A stretch of 64,000 bases of DNA from Chiloscyllium plagiosum (taxonomy: Eukaryota), in NCBI RefSeq assembly GCF_004010195.1, contig NC_057749.1:21403376-21467375 (forward strand), written 5' to 3'. Shown piece after piece: positions 63,706-64,000 of the stretch. Position 1 is the first letter of the stretch; each line of letters starts with the position of its first letter. The notes below the pieces were generated by a model that was given only the letters and a program-made list of their open reading frames with translations, did not search any database and had not been told where the DNA came from. The position numbers and the translations under genes are program-made.

Positions 63706-64000
63706 CTTCCAATTAAACCTGTTGGACTATAAGCTGGTGTTGTGTGATTTTTAACTTTTTCCATCCCAGTCCAACACCGGCATCACCAAATCATGACTGT
63801 TCAACATAAGCTTCCTGTCTGCATCCAAAGAATGTTCCACCTTTCCGCCTCCATAAATTTTTGTAACCTAAACAGTTCATTCAGAACATCTATTGCAATG
63901 TTTACCAGATCGCTTACCTGCCAATGTACTTATAATTGTGTGTCATGCTTCAAGTGATCTGAGCTAAGATGAAAAAAATTGCCAAAAAACTGCAGATGCT

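Larger units (their letters stand above)
63577..63796. mobile_element. 220-bp hairpin element with 12-bp TSD and hammerhead motifs on both strands
   Basis: TSD ctgttcaacata (63565-63576, 63797-63808); empty site in the left arm at ~9030-9050. Confidence 0.85.
41820..63930. repeat. Right arm of inverted segmental duplication (partner 8900-26415)
   Basis: Same matches; mirrored ORFs in the track (e.g. 15397-15666 minus vs 53180-53449 plus; 9955-10203 minus vs 62154-62402 plus). Confidence 0.93.

Noticed and set aside
41820..63930. Right arm as merely an uncollapsed allelic haplotype
   Set aside because: Long strongly diverged tracts and many copy-specific old TE insertions fit paralogy better; not fully excluded without depth data.

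Overview
Eukaryotic, repeat-rich genomic DNA. The repeat families (HE1-type tRNA SINE, CR1 LINEs, Penelope-like elements, Tigger-like MITEs) suggest a cartilaginous fish, probably a shark; this is an inference. The only host gene I can support is a semaphorin-7A-like gene (Sema + PSI + Ig domains, GPI-type tail), present as two paralogous copies in a large inverted duplication (arms about 8.9-26.4 kb and 41.8-63.9 kb). Copy A (minus strand) has exons equivalent to SEMA7A exons 3-8 and 10-14, but exon 9 is reduced to a 10-nt remnant next to a perfect 94-bp hairpin. Copy B (plus strand) has only exons 9-14, all intact, and starts just after a 500-N scaffold gap. The single set of 5' exons therefore sits between two inverted alternative 3' halves. 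The arms are a mosaic of identical and diverged tracts, the left arm carries small inversions flanked by inverted duplications, and all differing codons in exons 10 and 12 change the amino acid. Many short interspersed repeats carry minimal hammerhead-ribozyme motifs (CUGANGA...GAAA with a palindromic stem III), including one element with motifs on both strands and one with tandem motifs. Exon numbers follow the human SEMA7A layout from memory. Alignments and counts were done by eye. Most ORFs in the supplied track are spurious or TE-derived.
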